From an uncultured Clostridia bacterium (GTDB taxonomy: Bacteria > Bacillota > Clostridia > Oscillospirales > CAG-272), in NCBI GenBank assembly GCA_946410595.1, contig CAMKAU010000003.1:1-62065 (forward strand): 62,065 nt of DNA. Direction: 5' to 3'. This document shows, in pieces, positions 41,780 to 50,858 of this stretch (the stretch's first letter is position 1; every line of letters begins with the position of its first letter). The notes beneath the pieces are model-generated. The model did not search any database. It worked only from the letters and a program-made list of their open reading frames with translations, and had not been told where the DNA came from. Both the position numbers and the translations under genes were made by a program.

Positions 41780-43111
41780 ATGTTTCAAAGTCTGTCCGAA
41801 AAACTGTCCAACGCCTTCCGGCGCTTCCGCAGCAAGGGGAAGCTGACCGAGGCGGACGTGCGCGAGGGGATGCGCGAGGTCAAGCTCGCGCTGCTCGAGG
41901 CGGACGTCAACTTCAAGGTCGTCAAGGAGTTCTGCAGCCGGGTCACCGAGCGCGCCGTCGGCGCGCAGGTACTGGAGAGCCTGCTCCCCGAGCAGCAGAT
42001 CGTCAAGATCGTCAACGAGGAACTGATCGCCATCATGGGCGGGGAGAACGCCAAGCTCGAGATCTCCCCCAAGCCCCCGACGGTCGTTCTGATGTGCGGC
42101 CTGCAGGGCGCCGGAAAAACCACCCACAGCGCCAAGCTCGCCTCCTATTTCAAAAAGAAGGGGAAAAATCCCCTCCTCGTCGCCTGCGATATCTACCGTC
42201 CCGCCGCGATCGACCAGCTGAAAACGGTCGGGGAAGCGGTCGGGGTGCCGGTCTTCTCGCAGGGAACGGACTGTCCCGCCGTCGAGATCGCCAAAGCGGG
42301 CGTGGAGTTTGCCAAAAAGAACTGCCACGATATGGTCTTCATCGACACGGCGGGCCGCCTCCATATCGACGAAGGCCTGATGGAGGAGCTGGAGGACATC
42401 CGGCGGGAGACCGCTCCCACCGAGATCCTGCTCGTCGTGGACGCGATGACCGGGCAGGACGCCGTCAACGTGGCAAAAGCGTTCAACGAAAAGCTGGAGC
42501 TCACCGGCGTGATCCTGACCAAGATGGACGGCGACACCCGCGGCGGCGCCGCGCTCTCCGTCCGCTATATCACCGGCAAGCCGATCAAGTTCATCGGCGT
42601 GGGGGAAAAGCTCGATATGCTCGAGCCCTTCTATCCCGACCGCCTCGCCTCCCGCATCCTCGGGATGGGCGATGTGCTCACCCTGATCGAAAAGGCGGAG
42701 CAGGCGTTCGACGAAAAGAAGGCGGCGGAGATGGAGAAAAAACTCCGCGAGTCCTCCTTCACGCTCTCCGACTATCTGGAGCAGATGGACCAGCTGAAAA
42801 ACATGGGCAGTCTCGAGCAGCTCGCGGGGATGATCCCCGGGATGAACGGCGCGGCCCTGCGGGACGCGAAGATCGACGAAAAGGCGATGGACCGGAACAA
42901 GGCGATCATCTGCTCGATGACGATGCGCGAGCGGGAGCGCCCCGACATCATCAATTCCTCCCGCAAAAAGCGGATCGCGGCGGGCGCCGGCACCACGGTC
43001 GAGGAGGTCAACCGCCTGCTCCGCCAGTTCGACGCGATGAACAAAATGATGAAGCAGTTTACGGGCAAGGGCTCGAAAAAACTGCGCAGGATGATGAAAA
43101 TACCGTTTTAA
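41780..43111 (+). CDS. ffh: Signal recognition particle protein Ffh
   Basis: MFQSLSEKLSNAFRRF..., GLQGAGKTT, DTAGRL, TKMDGDTRGGAALS and a Met-rich M domain. Confidence 0.95.
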   Translation: MFQSLSEKLSNAFRRFRSKGKLTEADVREGMREVKLALLEADVNFKVVKEFCSRVTERAVGAQVLESLLPEQQIVKIVNEELIAIMGGENAKLEISPKPPTVVLMCGLQGAGKTTHSAKLASYFKKKGKNPLLVACDIYRPAAIDQLKTVGEAVGVPVFSQGTDCPAVEIAKAGVEFAKKNCHDMVFIDTAGRLHIDEGLMEELEDIRRETAPTEILLVVDAMTGQDAVNVAKAFNEKLELTGVILTKMDGDTRGGAALSVRYITGKPIKFIGVGEKLDMLEPFYPDRLASRILGMGDVLTLIEKAEQAFDEKKAAEMEKKLRESSFTLSDYLEQMDQLKNMGSLEQLAGMIPGMNGAALRDAKIDEKAMDRNKAIICSMTMRERERPDIINSSRKKRIAAGAGTTVEEVNRLLRQFDAMNKMMKQFTGKGSKKLRRMMKIPF

Positions 43112-43165
43112 CGGAAACGGGTTTTTATAAAAAACAAAACTATATTTTTTGGAGGAAAACAAACC

Positions 43166-43411
43166 ATGGCAGTCAAAATCAGACTTACCCGGATCGGGAA
43201 GAAAAAGGAACCCAGCTACAGAGTCGTTGTGGCGGACGCGCGGATGCCCCGCGACGGCAGATTCGTCGAGGAGATCGGCTTCTATAATCCGCTGACCGAC
43301 CCCGCCACCGTCAAGATCGACGCGGAGAAGGCGCAGAAGTGGATCAAGAACGGCGCACAGCCGACCGATACCGTCCGCGCGCTTCTGAAGAAGAGCGGTA
43401 TCATCGAATAA
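43166..43411 (+). CDS. rpsP: 30S ribosomal protein S16
   Basis: [42 protein letters not shown]. Confidence 0.95.
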   Translation: MAVKIRLTRIGKKKEPSYRVVVADARMPRDGRFVEEIGFYNPLTDPATVKIDAEKAQKWIKNGAQPTDTVRALLKKSGIIE

Positions 43412-43448
43412 GCAGAAAGGAAGTTTGCCCGCCGGCGAAAGAGAGAAT

Positions 43449-43688
43449 ATGATAGATCTGAAAGATACCTTAACCGATATCGCCAAAGCGATCGTGGATC
43501 ATCCCGACGACGTCGCGGTGGAGGAACGGAACAAGGAAAACGGCGAAACGCTGCTTACCCTTCACGTTCACCCGGACGATATGGGCATGGTCATCGGCAG
43601 GCACGGCAAGATCGCCAAGTCGATCCGCCTGATCATCAAAGCCGCGGCCAATTCCTCAAACGAGAAGGTCACGGTAGAGATCGAGTGA
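43449..43688 (+). CDS. khpA: KH-domain RNA-binding protein (KhpA/YlqC)
   Basis: ATG at 43449; the track start at 43425 is a TTG. LTLHVHPDDMGMVIGRHGKIAKSIRLIIKA. Confidence 0.85.
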   Translation: MIDLKDTLTDIAKAIVDHPDDVAVEERNKENGETLLTLHVHPDDMGMVIGRHGKIAKSIRLIIKAAANSSNEKVTVEIE

Positions 43689-43700
43689 TCCCGCCATATA

Positions 43701-43736
43701 ACGGAGCTTGTCCCTTTGGAAAAGCTCCGTTTTTTT
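43701..43736 (+). terminator. Intrinsic terminator after khpA
   Basis: ACGGAGCTT ... AAGCTCCGT followed by TTTTTT. Confidence 0.7.
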
Positions 43737-43746
43737 CGGAGGAATT

Positions 43747-45231
43747 ATGAAGAATCGCAAGTACGTCCTCGCCCTCGATTGCGGCACGTCCAGCGTGCGC
43801 GCGATCGTTTTTGACCTTGCCGGCGCGCCCGTCTCCTGCGTGGCGCGCAGCGTAAAGCTCGACTACCCCGTCCCCGGCTGCGTGGAGCAAAGCGCCGAGG
43901 AGATCTGGACCCGCCAGATCTCCGCCGCCTACGAGGCGATCACCTCCGCCGGGATCACGGCGGGCGAGATCGCCGCGATCGGCATCACCAACCAGCGCGA
44001 GACTGCGATCGCGTGGGACAAAAAGACCGGTCAGCCGCTCGCCCCCGCCATCGTCTGGCAATGCCGGCGGACGGCGGAGCGCTGCGCCGCCCTGGCTGTT
44101 TCCCCCGAGATGGAGGAGATCCGGGAAAAGACCGGCCTTGTCGCCGATCCCTATTTTTCCGCCACCAAGTTCGAGTGGATGCTCGCAAACGTCCCCGGCC
44201 TGCGCGAGCGCGCGGAGCGCGGAGAGGTCGCCTTCGGCACGGTGGACAGCTGGCTCCTTTACCGCCTCTCCGGCGGGAAGGTCTTTGCCACCGACCTGTC
44301 CAACGCCTCCCGCACGATGCTCTGCGATATCCGCACCGGCGCGTGGGACGCCGGGCTCTGCTCCTTTTTCGGGATCCCGGAAAGCGCCCTCTGCGAGATC
44401 CTGCCGTCCTCCGGTCTCTTCTGCGAGACGGAGGCGGACCTGCTCGGAGCGCCGATCCCGGTCTGCGGCGTTGCGGGCGATCAGCAGTCCGCCCTCTTCG
44501 GGCACGCCTGCGTGGACGCGGGCGAGTTGAAAAATACCTACGGCACCGGCGGTTTTCTTTTGATGAACACCGGCTCCCGTCCCAAGCTCGACCGCGAGGG
44601 CGGGCTCCTCTCCACCGTCGCGTGGCAGCGGGACGGCGCGATCACCTACGCCCTCGAGGGCTCGGTCTTCGTGTGCGGCGCGGCGATCCAGTGGCTGCGG
44701 GACGGGCTCTCGATCATCAAAAGCTCCCCCGAGTCGGAGGAGCTGGCGCGTTCGGTCCCGGACAGCGGCGGCGTCTATATGGTCCCCGCCTTTACCGGGC
44801 TTGGCGCCCCCTACTGGAACAGCGCCGCCCGCGGCGCGATCCTCGGGATCACCCGCGGCACCGAACGGGGGCATATCGCGCGCGCCGCGCTGGAGGCGCT
44901 CGCCTACCAGACCGCGGACGTCGTGCGCGAGATGGAACGCGTCACGGGGGAGAGCGTCCGCTCCTTGCGGGTGGACGGCGGAGCCGCCGCCAACGATCTT
45001 CTGATGCAGATCCAGGCGGACGTGCTCGGCGTTCCCGTCCGGCGGCCGGAATACGCGGAGATCACCGCGCGGGGCGCCGCCATGCTCGCCGCCCTCGGCG
45101 TCGGCGCGATCTCCGCGCCCGAGGAGTTCCTCGCGGGGGAGAAAAGCGCGGTCTTCGAGCCGCAGATCGGCGAAGAAAAACGGAAAGAAATGCTCGACGG
45201 CTGGCACGAGGCGGTGCGCCGCGTGCTCTGA
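43747..45231 (+). CDS. glpK: Glycerol kinase
   Basis: GGAGG RBS before the ATG at 43747. YVLALDCGTSSVRAIVFD, GITNQRETAIAWDKKTGQP, IVWQCRRT. Confidence 0.95.
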   Translation: MKNRKYVLALDCGTSSVRAIVFDLAGAPVSCVARSVKLDYPVPGCVEQSAEEIWTRQISAAYEAITSAGITAGEIAAIGITNQRETAIAWDKKTGQPLAPAIVWQCRRTAERCAALAVSPEMEEIREKTGLVADPYFSATKFEWMLANVPGLRERAERGEVAFGTVDSWLLYRLSGGKVFATDLSNASRTMLCDIRTGAWDAGLCSFFGIPESALCEILPSSGLFCETEADLLGAPIPVCGVAGDQQSALFGHACVDAGELKNTYGTGGFLLMNTGSRPKLDREGGLLSTVAWQRDGAITYALEGSVFVCGAAIQWLRDGLSIIKSSPESEELARSVPDSGGVYMVPAFTGLGAPYWNSAARGAILGITRGTERGHIARAALEALAYQTADVVREMERVTGESVRSLRVDGGAAANDLLMQIQADVLGVPVRRPEYAEITARGAAMLAALGVGAISAPEEFLAGEKSAVFEPQIGEEKRKEMLDGWHEAVRRVL

Positions 45232-45268
45232 AAAAACGGGCGGGGAAACGCCCCGCCCGCAAAGAAAC

Positions 45269-45315
45269 AAGCGGAGAAGAAGGATCGAAGAGTCCTTTCT
45301 TCTCCGCTTGTTTTT
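45269..45315 (+). terminator. Strong intrinsic terminator after glpK
   Basis: A ~16-bp stem AAGCGGAGAAGAAGGA ... TCCTTTCTTCTCCGCTT followed by GTTTTT. It is preceded by a second GC hairpin at 45237-45259 that has no T-tract. Confidence 0.7.
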
Positions 45316-45394
45316 ATGATTTGACGGCAGGCCGTCACGAATGGCCGCATTTTTTAACAAACTGTAAATCCGGTCCCCCGCGGTACGATTTTCC

Positions 45395-45423
45395 TTGCAA
45401 GGGGAGCGGATTTCTGGTATAAT
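45395..45423 (+). promoter_or_regulatory. Sigma-A promoter TTGCAA-17-TATAAT upstream of the flotillin gene
   Basis: TTGCAA at 45395-45400 and TATAAT at 45418-45423. Confidence 0.6.
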
Positions 45424-45493
45424 CATATCCGGAACAACTGTACAGTGATCCGGGTGTTCAAGCAATCCGATGCAAACAGAAAGGAGTATTGTT

Positions 45494-47059
45494 ATGCTTT
45501 CCATTACCGCGCTCGCACTCACCCTCGAAAACGTGCCGGTCCCCGCTATCGTAACGGCAGTGGTCCTGATCCTCGCGTTCTTTATCTTTGTGATTTCCGG
45601 TTACGTCAAGGCGCCGCCGGACCGCGCGTTCATCATCTCCGGCCGCAAAAAAGAGCCGAAGATCCTGATCGGCCGCGCCGGGATCAAGCTCCCCTTCTTT
45701 GAGCGCAAAGATACGCTTCTCCTCAAACAGATCAGCATCGACATCAAGACGAACGGCTACGTTCCCACCCTTGACTTTATCGGCGTGGATATCGACGCCG
45801 TGGCAAAGGTCCGCGTCAACACCGATCCCGCGGGGATCAAGGTCGCGATGAAGAACTTCCTCAATATGAACGAGGCGCAGATCATCGCGGCTCTGACCGA
45901 CTCGCTGCAGGGTAATATGCGCGAGATCATCGGCACCGTCAAGCTGAAAGAGCTCAACACCGACCGTAAAAAGTTCGGCGACGAGGTCCAGGAAAAAGCG
46001 CAGAAGGATATGAACGCCCTCGGCATCGAGATCATCTCCTGCAACATCCAGAAGATCGAGGACGAAAAGGGACTGATCATTGCCCTCGGTCAGGACAATA
46101 TGAGCCAGATCCAGAAGGACGCGTCGATCGCCAAGGCGCAGGCGGAAAAGGACGTCGCCATCGCGGAAGCGGAGGCGAAAAAGGCCGCCAACGACGCGCA
46201 GGTCGCCGCGGAGACGGAGATCGCCGCCAAGCAGAACGAGCTGCGCATCCGCCAGGCGGAGCTGAAACGCGAGTCCGATATCAAACAGGCGGAAGCGGAC
46301 GCGGCGTACCAGATCCAACAGCAGGAACAGCGCAAGACCATCGAGATCACCACCGCCAACGCGAACATCGCCAAGCAGGAGCGGGAGATCGAGCTGAAAA
46401 AGCGCGAGGTCGAAGTAACGGCGCAGAAGCTGGACGCCGACGTCAAAAAACGCGCGGAAGCGGACCGCTTCGCCCGTCAGCAGCAGGCGGAGGCGGCGCT
46501 CTACGAGCGGCAGAAGAGAGCGGAAGCCGAAAAGTTTGAGCAGATGAAGGCGGCGGAAGCCCGCAAGATCCAGGCGGAGGCCGACCTCTTCGCCCGCCAG
46601 CAGGAGGCGGAGGGGATCCGCGCCGTCGGCGAGGCGGAAGCGAAAGCCATCGAAGCGAAAGGGATCGCCGAAGCGGAAGCCCTCGAAAAGAAAGCCGAAG
46701 CGATGAAAAAATACGGCCAGGCGGCGATGATGGAAATGATCATCAAGGCCCTGCCCGAGATGGCGGCGGCGGTCGCCAAGCCGATGGAGAATATCGACAA
46801 GATCACGATCATCGACGGCGGCAGCGGGGAAGGCGGCGTCTCCGGCGTCGGCGCCTACGTCCCGGCCGCGCTCGCCAGAACGATCGAGACGGTCAGAGAA
46901 GCCACCGGCGTTGATATCCGCGAGATCATGCGCGCGAATACCTACGACGCCAAAGTAACAAAGAACGTCAACGTCACCGGCCTCCCCGGCGGGGACGGCA
47001 ACCCCTCGCCCGCAGCGGATAATATCGTCCAGGCCGCCGTCACCGACCCGGAGAAGTAA
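45494..47059 (+). CDS. Flotillin-family SPFH/Band-7 protein (FloT/YuaG-like, 521 aa)
   Basis: AAAGGAG RBS before the ATG at 45494. N-terminal hairpin TM, SPFH core (IDAVAKVRV...LQGNMREIIGT) and a long Ala/Glu/Lys-rich coiled coil. Confidence 0.9.
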   Translation: MLSITALALTLENVPVPAIVTAVVLILAFFIFVISGYVKAPPDRAFIISGRKKEPKILIGRAGIKLPFFERKDTLLLKQISIDIKTNGYVPTLDFIGVDIDAVAKVRVNTDPAGIKVAMKNFLNMNEAQIIAALTDSLQGNMREIIGTVKLKELNTDRKKFGDEVQEKAQKDMNALGIEIISCNIQKIEDEKGLIIALGQDNMSQIQKDASIAKAQAEKDVAIAEAEAKKAANDAQVAAETEIAAKQNELRIRQAELKRESDIKQAEADAAYQIQQQEQRKTIEITTANANIAKQEREIELKKREVEVTAQKLDADVKKRAEADRFARQQQAEAALYERQKRAEAEKFEQMKAAEARKIQAEADLFARQQEAEGIRAVGEAEAKAIEAKGIAEAEALEKKAEAMKKYGQAAMMEMIIKALPEMAAAVAKPMENIDKITIIDGGSGEGGVSGVGAYVPAALARTIETVREATGVDIREIMRANTYDAKVTKNVNVTGLPGGDGNPSPAADNIVQAAVTDPEK

Positions 47060-47073
47060 GAGCCGGAAACAAC

Positions 47074-47129
47074 CTTCCTTTTCTGAAGAAAAGGAAGCGA
47101 AAAGCCCTACTTTTCTGAAGAAAAGTAGG
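47074..47129. repeat. Two tandem 24-nt hairpins sharing the core CTTTTC-TGAA-GAAAAG
   Basis: CTTCCTTTTC tgaa GAAAAGGAAG at 47074-47097 and CCTACTTTTC tgaa GAAAAGTAGG at 47106-47129, with a 32-nt period. Confidence 0.6.
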
Positions 47130-47184
47130 CAAAAGACTTTTCAAAAAGGGAAAAGGGAAAAGCGTTACAAATCAAAAAGAGGCC

Positions 47185-47216
47185 AAAAAGCCGGTCACAA
47201 TCGTGACCGGCTTTTT
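47185..47216. terminator. Bidirectional intrinsic terminator
   Basis: AAAAAGCCGGTCAC aatc GTGACCGGCTTTTT. Confidence 0.75.
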
Positions 47217-47302
47217 GCTTGGACGGATTCCCCGTTCGCCTCCCTCCCCGAGGGCCCATGCCCCAAAAGGTCCTGCGGACCTTTCCGGGGACCCCGTGAG
47301 CG

Positions 47303-49045
47303 TTACTTACCCTTTTTCATCACGCAGACATACCCGTCCTCGCGGAAGACCGTTTCATAGCCGAGCTTTGCGTATTCGCCGGGATACTTCTGCCATTCGC
47401 CGTAGCGCAGGTCGACGACGACCCAGTCGGTCTCGCGCATCCCTTCGATCAGATAGAGCTCTCTCCGGTTGGAGAGGTTGGCGGCGAGGAAGGTGGAAAC
47501 GGAGACCGACTCTCCCTCCGGCACCAGCGCGATCCCGCGGCCGATGATCTCTGTCTCCGCCGCAAAATACTTCGGATAGGAGAGGTAGGAGGAGTGGCGG
47601 GAGAAGCGCATCGAGGCGGTCAGCAGCGCCGCGCAGACGGCGAGGGCGGCGAGATACCGCCGCGCGCTTGCAAGTTCCGTGTAATTGAGGACGGACGCGT
47701 AGACGAGCAGCGCAAGCGACCCGAAGACGTACTGGAAATCAATGGAATGCTGATAGACGTAATCCGGCATCAGGTTGACGAGGATCAGCCCGCCGAGCAG
47801 GATAAAACGGGAGACCTTTTTGCTGGCGAAGGGGAGCAGCCCGAGCGGCAGCAGCATAAAGGCGGCGCACTCTAACTTTTCCGCGGTGAAACAGGCGCGG
47901 ATCACCCGCATCGGGTCGGTCAGCGCCGTTACGATCACGCCGATGAGGGACCCGTCCGAGGAGACGTTCTGGTAGCGGTAGGACATGATCCCGAGCCCGT
48001 AGGTGTCGATATACCAGCAGGCAAAGAGAAAGTAGAGGAGGGAGAGCGCAAGCATCGCGCCGCCGAGCGCTCGTCTCCTGCCCGAGAGGAGGAGAAAGAG
48101 GGCGAGGAACGCCACGTAGACCGCCGCGTCCTCCTTGATCATACAGGTAAAGAGGGAGAAGACCATCGCCCAGACGGCACCGCTTTTGCCGCCCTTTTCG
48201 GCAAAGAGGATCGCCGAAAATAGAAAGAGCGGGAGCAGGCAGTTTTCGTGGAAGTCGTACATACAGCCGCCGATCAGCGCGGGGTGGATCAGATAGAGAA
48301 AACAGAAAGCAAAGGAAGCGCGCGCCGTCAGCTTCATCCGGCGGCAGATCAGCCACAGCGGAACGACCGCCGCCGCCAGCGCGGCAGACTGGAGGATCTG
48401 CACGGTGGCGGGGTAGGGAAAGAGCAGGTAAAAAGGCAGAAGAAAGTATAGGGCGGGGGAGAGATGAACGGCAAAGTGCGAGAGGATCTGATCCCGCTCG
48501 CAGGAGGCGTCCGGGGAAAAGTGGTCCCGGAGCGACCAGAAGATCTGGGCAAAAATGCCGAAGTCGTAGGTCGGGGTGTGGTAGGTCAGATACCGGAAAG
48601 CGCCGATCAGCCCCACCCGCGCCGCAAAGACGAGCGCGCAGGCGAGCGCGGCGGCGAACCAGAGCTTGCCGCCCCGGTCGGGGAGGGAGAACCGTTCGGT
48701 TCCGCGCAGGACGTACATAAGTACGAGGGCAAGGACCGCCGCGGCGGCGAGGAAGGCGAGATGGTCATCCTGCTTGCCGTAGAGATCCCAGCAAAAGGAA
48801 AGGCAGAGGAGAAGGGAGGAGAGAAGCAGCGTCCCCTTCCCGGCGGCAAGCCCCCCTCGCGTGGCAAGCGAAACGGTGAAAAGGGCAAGAAAGACCGCGC
48901 AGCCGATTAGGAGAGGGAGCAGGAGCGTCCCTTCCCCGGAGAGCGGAAAGAGCTTTGCGGCCGCGGCTCCGCACACCCACGCGGAAACGAGCGCGAGCGT
49001 CAGCTCTTCTCTTTTTTGATACAAAGTCTGAAACAGATCGTTCAT
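47303..49045 (-). CDS. DUF2079-family polytopic membrane protein (580 aa)
   Basis: GAGGTG RBS before the ATG at 49045. Many TM helices and the motif YHTPTYDFGIFAQIFWS. The family name is recalled from memory. Confidence 0.75.
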   Translation of the reverse strand: MNDLFQTLYQKREELTLALVSAWVCGAAAAKLFPLSGEGTLLLPLLIGCAVFLALFTVSLATRGGLAAGKGTLLLSSLLLCLSFCWDLYGKQDDHLAFLAAAAVLALVLMYVLRGTERFSLPDRGGKLWFAAALACALVFAARVGLIGAFRYLTYHTPTYDFGIFAQIFWSLRDHFSPDASCERDQILSHFAVHLSPALYFLLPFYLLFPYPATVQILQSAALAAAVVPLWLICRRMKLTARASFAFCFLYLIHPALIGGCMYDFHENCLLPLFLFSAILFAEKGGKSGAVWAMVFSLFTCMIKEDAAVYVAFLALFLLLSGRRRALGGAMLALSLLYFLFACWYIDTYGLGIMSYRYQNVSSDGSLIGVIVTALTDPMRVIRACFTAEKLECAAFMLLPLGLLPFASKKVSRFILLGGLILVNLMPDYVYQHSIDFQYVFGSLALLVYASVLNYTELASARRYLAALAVCAALLTASMRFSRHSSYLSYPKYFAAETEIIGRGIALVPEGESVSVSTFLAANLSNRRELYLIEGMRETDWVVVDLRYGEWQKYPGEYAKLGYETVFREDGYVCVMKKGK

Positions 49046-49133
49046 ACAGCACCTCAAGCGCTTCTATCGTAACACAGCTTTATACGCTTTGTCTACCGGA
49101 AATCCTGAAAAAAACGGAAAAACGGGCAAAAAC

Positions 49134-49162
49134 TTGACAATCCGGACAAGGCGGGATATAAT
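49134..49162 (+). promoter_or_regulatory. Consensus sigma-A promoter TTGACA-17-TATAAT
   Basis: TTGACA at 49134-49139 and TATAAT at 49157-49162. Confidence 0.65.
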
Positions 49163-49193
49163 AAAACCATCATAAATAAAGGAGGGTTTTACC

Positions 49194-49394
49194 ATGACCG
49201 TTACCAAACAGTCTTTGATCGGCGACGTTCTCGACGCGGAGCCGGAGACCGCCGCTTTTTTCTTTGAGATCGGGATGCACTGCCTCGGCTGCCCCGCCTC
49301 CCGCGGCGAGAACATCGAGCAGGCGTGCGCCGTCCACGGCACCGACGCCGACGCGCTGGTGAAGAAGATCAACGATTATCTCGCGTCCAAATAA
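49194..49394 (+). CDS. DUF1858-domain (hybrid-cluster-protein-associated redox disulfide) small protein
   Basis: AGGAGGG RBS. IGDVLDAEPETAAFFFEIGMHCLGCPASRGENIEQACAVHG. Confidence 0.75.
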   Translation: MTVTKQSLIGDVLDAEPETAAFFFEIGMHCLGCPASRGENIEQACAVHGTDADALVKKINDYLASK

Positions 49395-49396
49395 CC

Positions 49397-50095
49397 ATGC
49401 AGACGGACCGTACACGCGATCCGGGAAAACGGCTCCTTGCGGCGGCGCAGTACGTTCGCGCAGGAGCCGTTTTTGCCGACGTCGGGACCGACCACGCCGC
49501 CCTCCCCATCCTGCTCTGCCGGACGGGGCGGGTCCAAAAGGCCTACGCCTGCGATATTGCCCGGGCGCCGCTGGAGGCCGCGCGCCGCAACATCGAGCGC
49601 GCCGGGCTTGCCGGCCGGATCGTCCCGCTGCTCTGCGACGGGTTTTCCGGGCTGGAGGGGCTCGGCGTCACGGACGCCGCCGTCTGCGGGATGGGAGGAG
49701 AGCTGACCGCCCGTCTGATCGGCGCGGCGCCCTTCCTCGCCCGCGACCGCGTCCGGCTCATCCTCCAGCCGATGACACGCGCCCGCTTTCTCCGTTCCTT
49801 TCTCCTCTCCGCCGGGTTTTCGATCGAAGAGGAGGAGCTCCTCTCGGACGCGGGCAGGCAGTACGAGCTGATCGTCGCCTCCTATACCGGAAAAACGGAG
49901 GAATGGAGCGAGGCGGAGCTGTATCTTGGAAAGAAGAACGTCGCCCGCGGCGGGGAGGCGCTCGCCCGGCTGGCCGCCCGGCGCGTCGCCCATCTGAAGA
50001 ACCTGGCAAACGGGCAGACCGGCGCCGAAAAAGAAAAAACGGAGGAAACGATCCGTCAGATCCGGGCGCTCGCGGCGCCGGCGGAAAGGAAATGA
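49397..50095 (+). CDS. trmK: tRNA (adenine22-N1)-methyltransferase
   Basis: ATG at 49397. FADVGTDHAALPILL, YACDIARAPLE, LILQP. Followed by a Nif3-family gene as in the Firmicute yqfN-yqfO arrangement. Confidence 0.85.
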   Translation: MQTDRTRDPGKRLLAAAQYVRAGAVFADVGTDHAALPILLCRTGRVQKAYACDIARAPLEAARRNIERAGLAGRIVPLLCDGFSGLEGLGVTDAAVCGMGGELTARLIGAAPFLARDRVRLILQPMTRARFLRSFLLSAGFSIEEEELLSDAGRQYELIVASYTGKTEEWSEAELYLGKKNVARGGEALARLAARRVAHLKNLANGQTGAEKEKTEETIRQIRALAAPAERK

Positions 50096-50096
50096 T

Positions 50097-50858
50097 ATGA
50101 CAGTAGCCGAGCTTTATACGTACTTTGACGCGCGGTTTCCCGCGTCGCTCACCCTGCCGTGGGATCACGACGGGCTTCAGATCTGTCCCAATCCCGCAAG
50201 GGAGGTGCGGCGCGTGCTCGTCTCGCTCGACGTCACACGGGAGGCGGTCGCGCGCGCGCTCGAGGAGAACTGCGACGCGGTCCTCACCCATCACCCGCTC
50301 TTTTTCGAGCCGCTGAGGCAGCTCTGCGCGGGCGCCGGCCGGGGCGGAACAGCGCTCTCCCTGATCCGCGCGGGGATCGCGCAGATGAGCTTCCACACCC
50401 GCTTCGACGCGGCGGACGGCGGGATGAACGATCTCCTTTGCGCCGCCGTCGGCGCAAAACCCATCGGCCGGATCGGGCCCGAGGGGGAGGCGGTCGCGCG
50501 CCTCGCGGAGATCGCGCCGCAGACGCCCCGCGATTTTGCAAAAACGGTCAAAAAAGCCCTCCGCGCCCCCTTCGTTTTGCTGACGGAGGCGGGGGAGGAG
50601 CCGGTCGGGCGGATCGCCGTCTGCGGCGGGGACGGAAAGGATTTTATTCAGGCCGCCGCCGAAGCGGGCGCCGGGCTGCTTCTCTGCGGCCGCTCGGGCT
50701 ATAACGCCGACGTGGAGGCGCCGGAATACGGCGTATCCGTTCTGGAGGCCGGACATTTTTATACCGAGGCGGTCTGCCTCCCGTATTTTGCGGAGGAGCT
50801 GAAACGCCTCGGTATCGAGCCCGTCGTGTACGGCGAATGCGCCGTCCGGGCGTTATAA
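50097..50858 (+). CDS. Nif3-like dinuclear metal centre protein (YqfO family)
   Basis: WDHDGLQI, VLVSLDVT, AVLTHHPLFF, FHTRFDAADGGMND, EAGHFYTE. Confidence 0.85.
   Translation: MTVAELYTYFDARFPASLTLPWDHDGLQICPNPAREVRRVLVSLDVTREAVARALEENCDAVLTHHPLFFEPLRQLCAGAGRGGTALSLIRAGIAQMSFHTRFDAADGGMNDLLCAAVGAKPIGRIGPEGEAVARLAEIAPQTPRDFAKTVKKALRAPFVLLTEAGEEPVGRIAVCGGDGKDFIQAAAEAGAGLLLCGRSGYNADVEAPEYGVSVLEAGHFYTEAVCLPYFAEELKRLGIEPVVYGECAVRAL

Noticed and set aside
45237-45259. GC-rich hairpin immediately after the glpK stop, considered as the glpK terminator
   Set aside because: No T-tract follows it on the plus strand. The downstream 16-bp hairpin with GTTTTT (45269-45315) is the better terminator. The first hairpin is kept only as a note.
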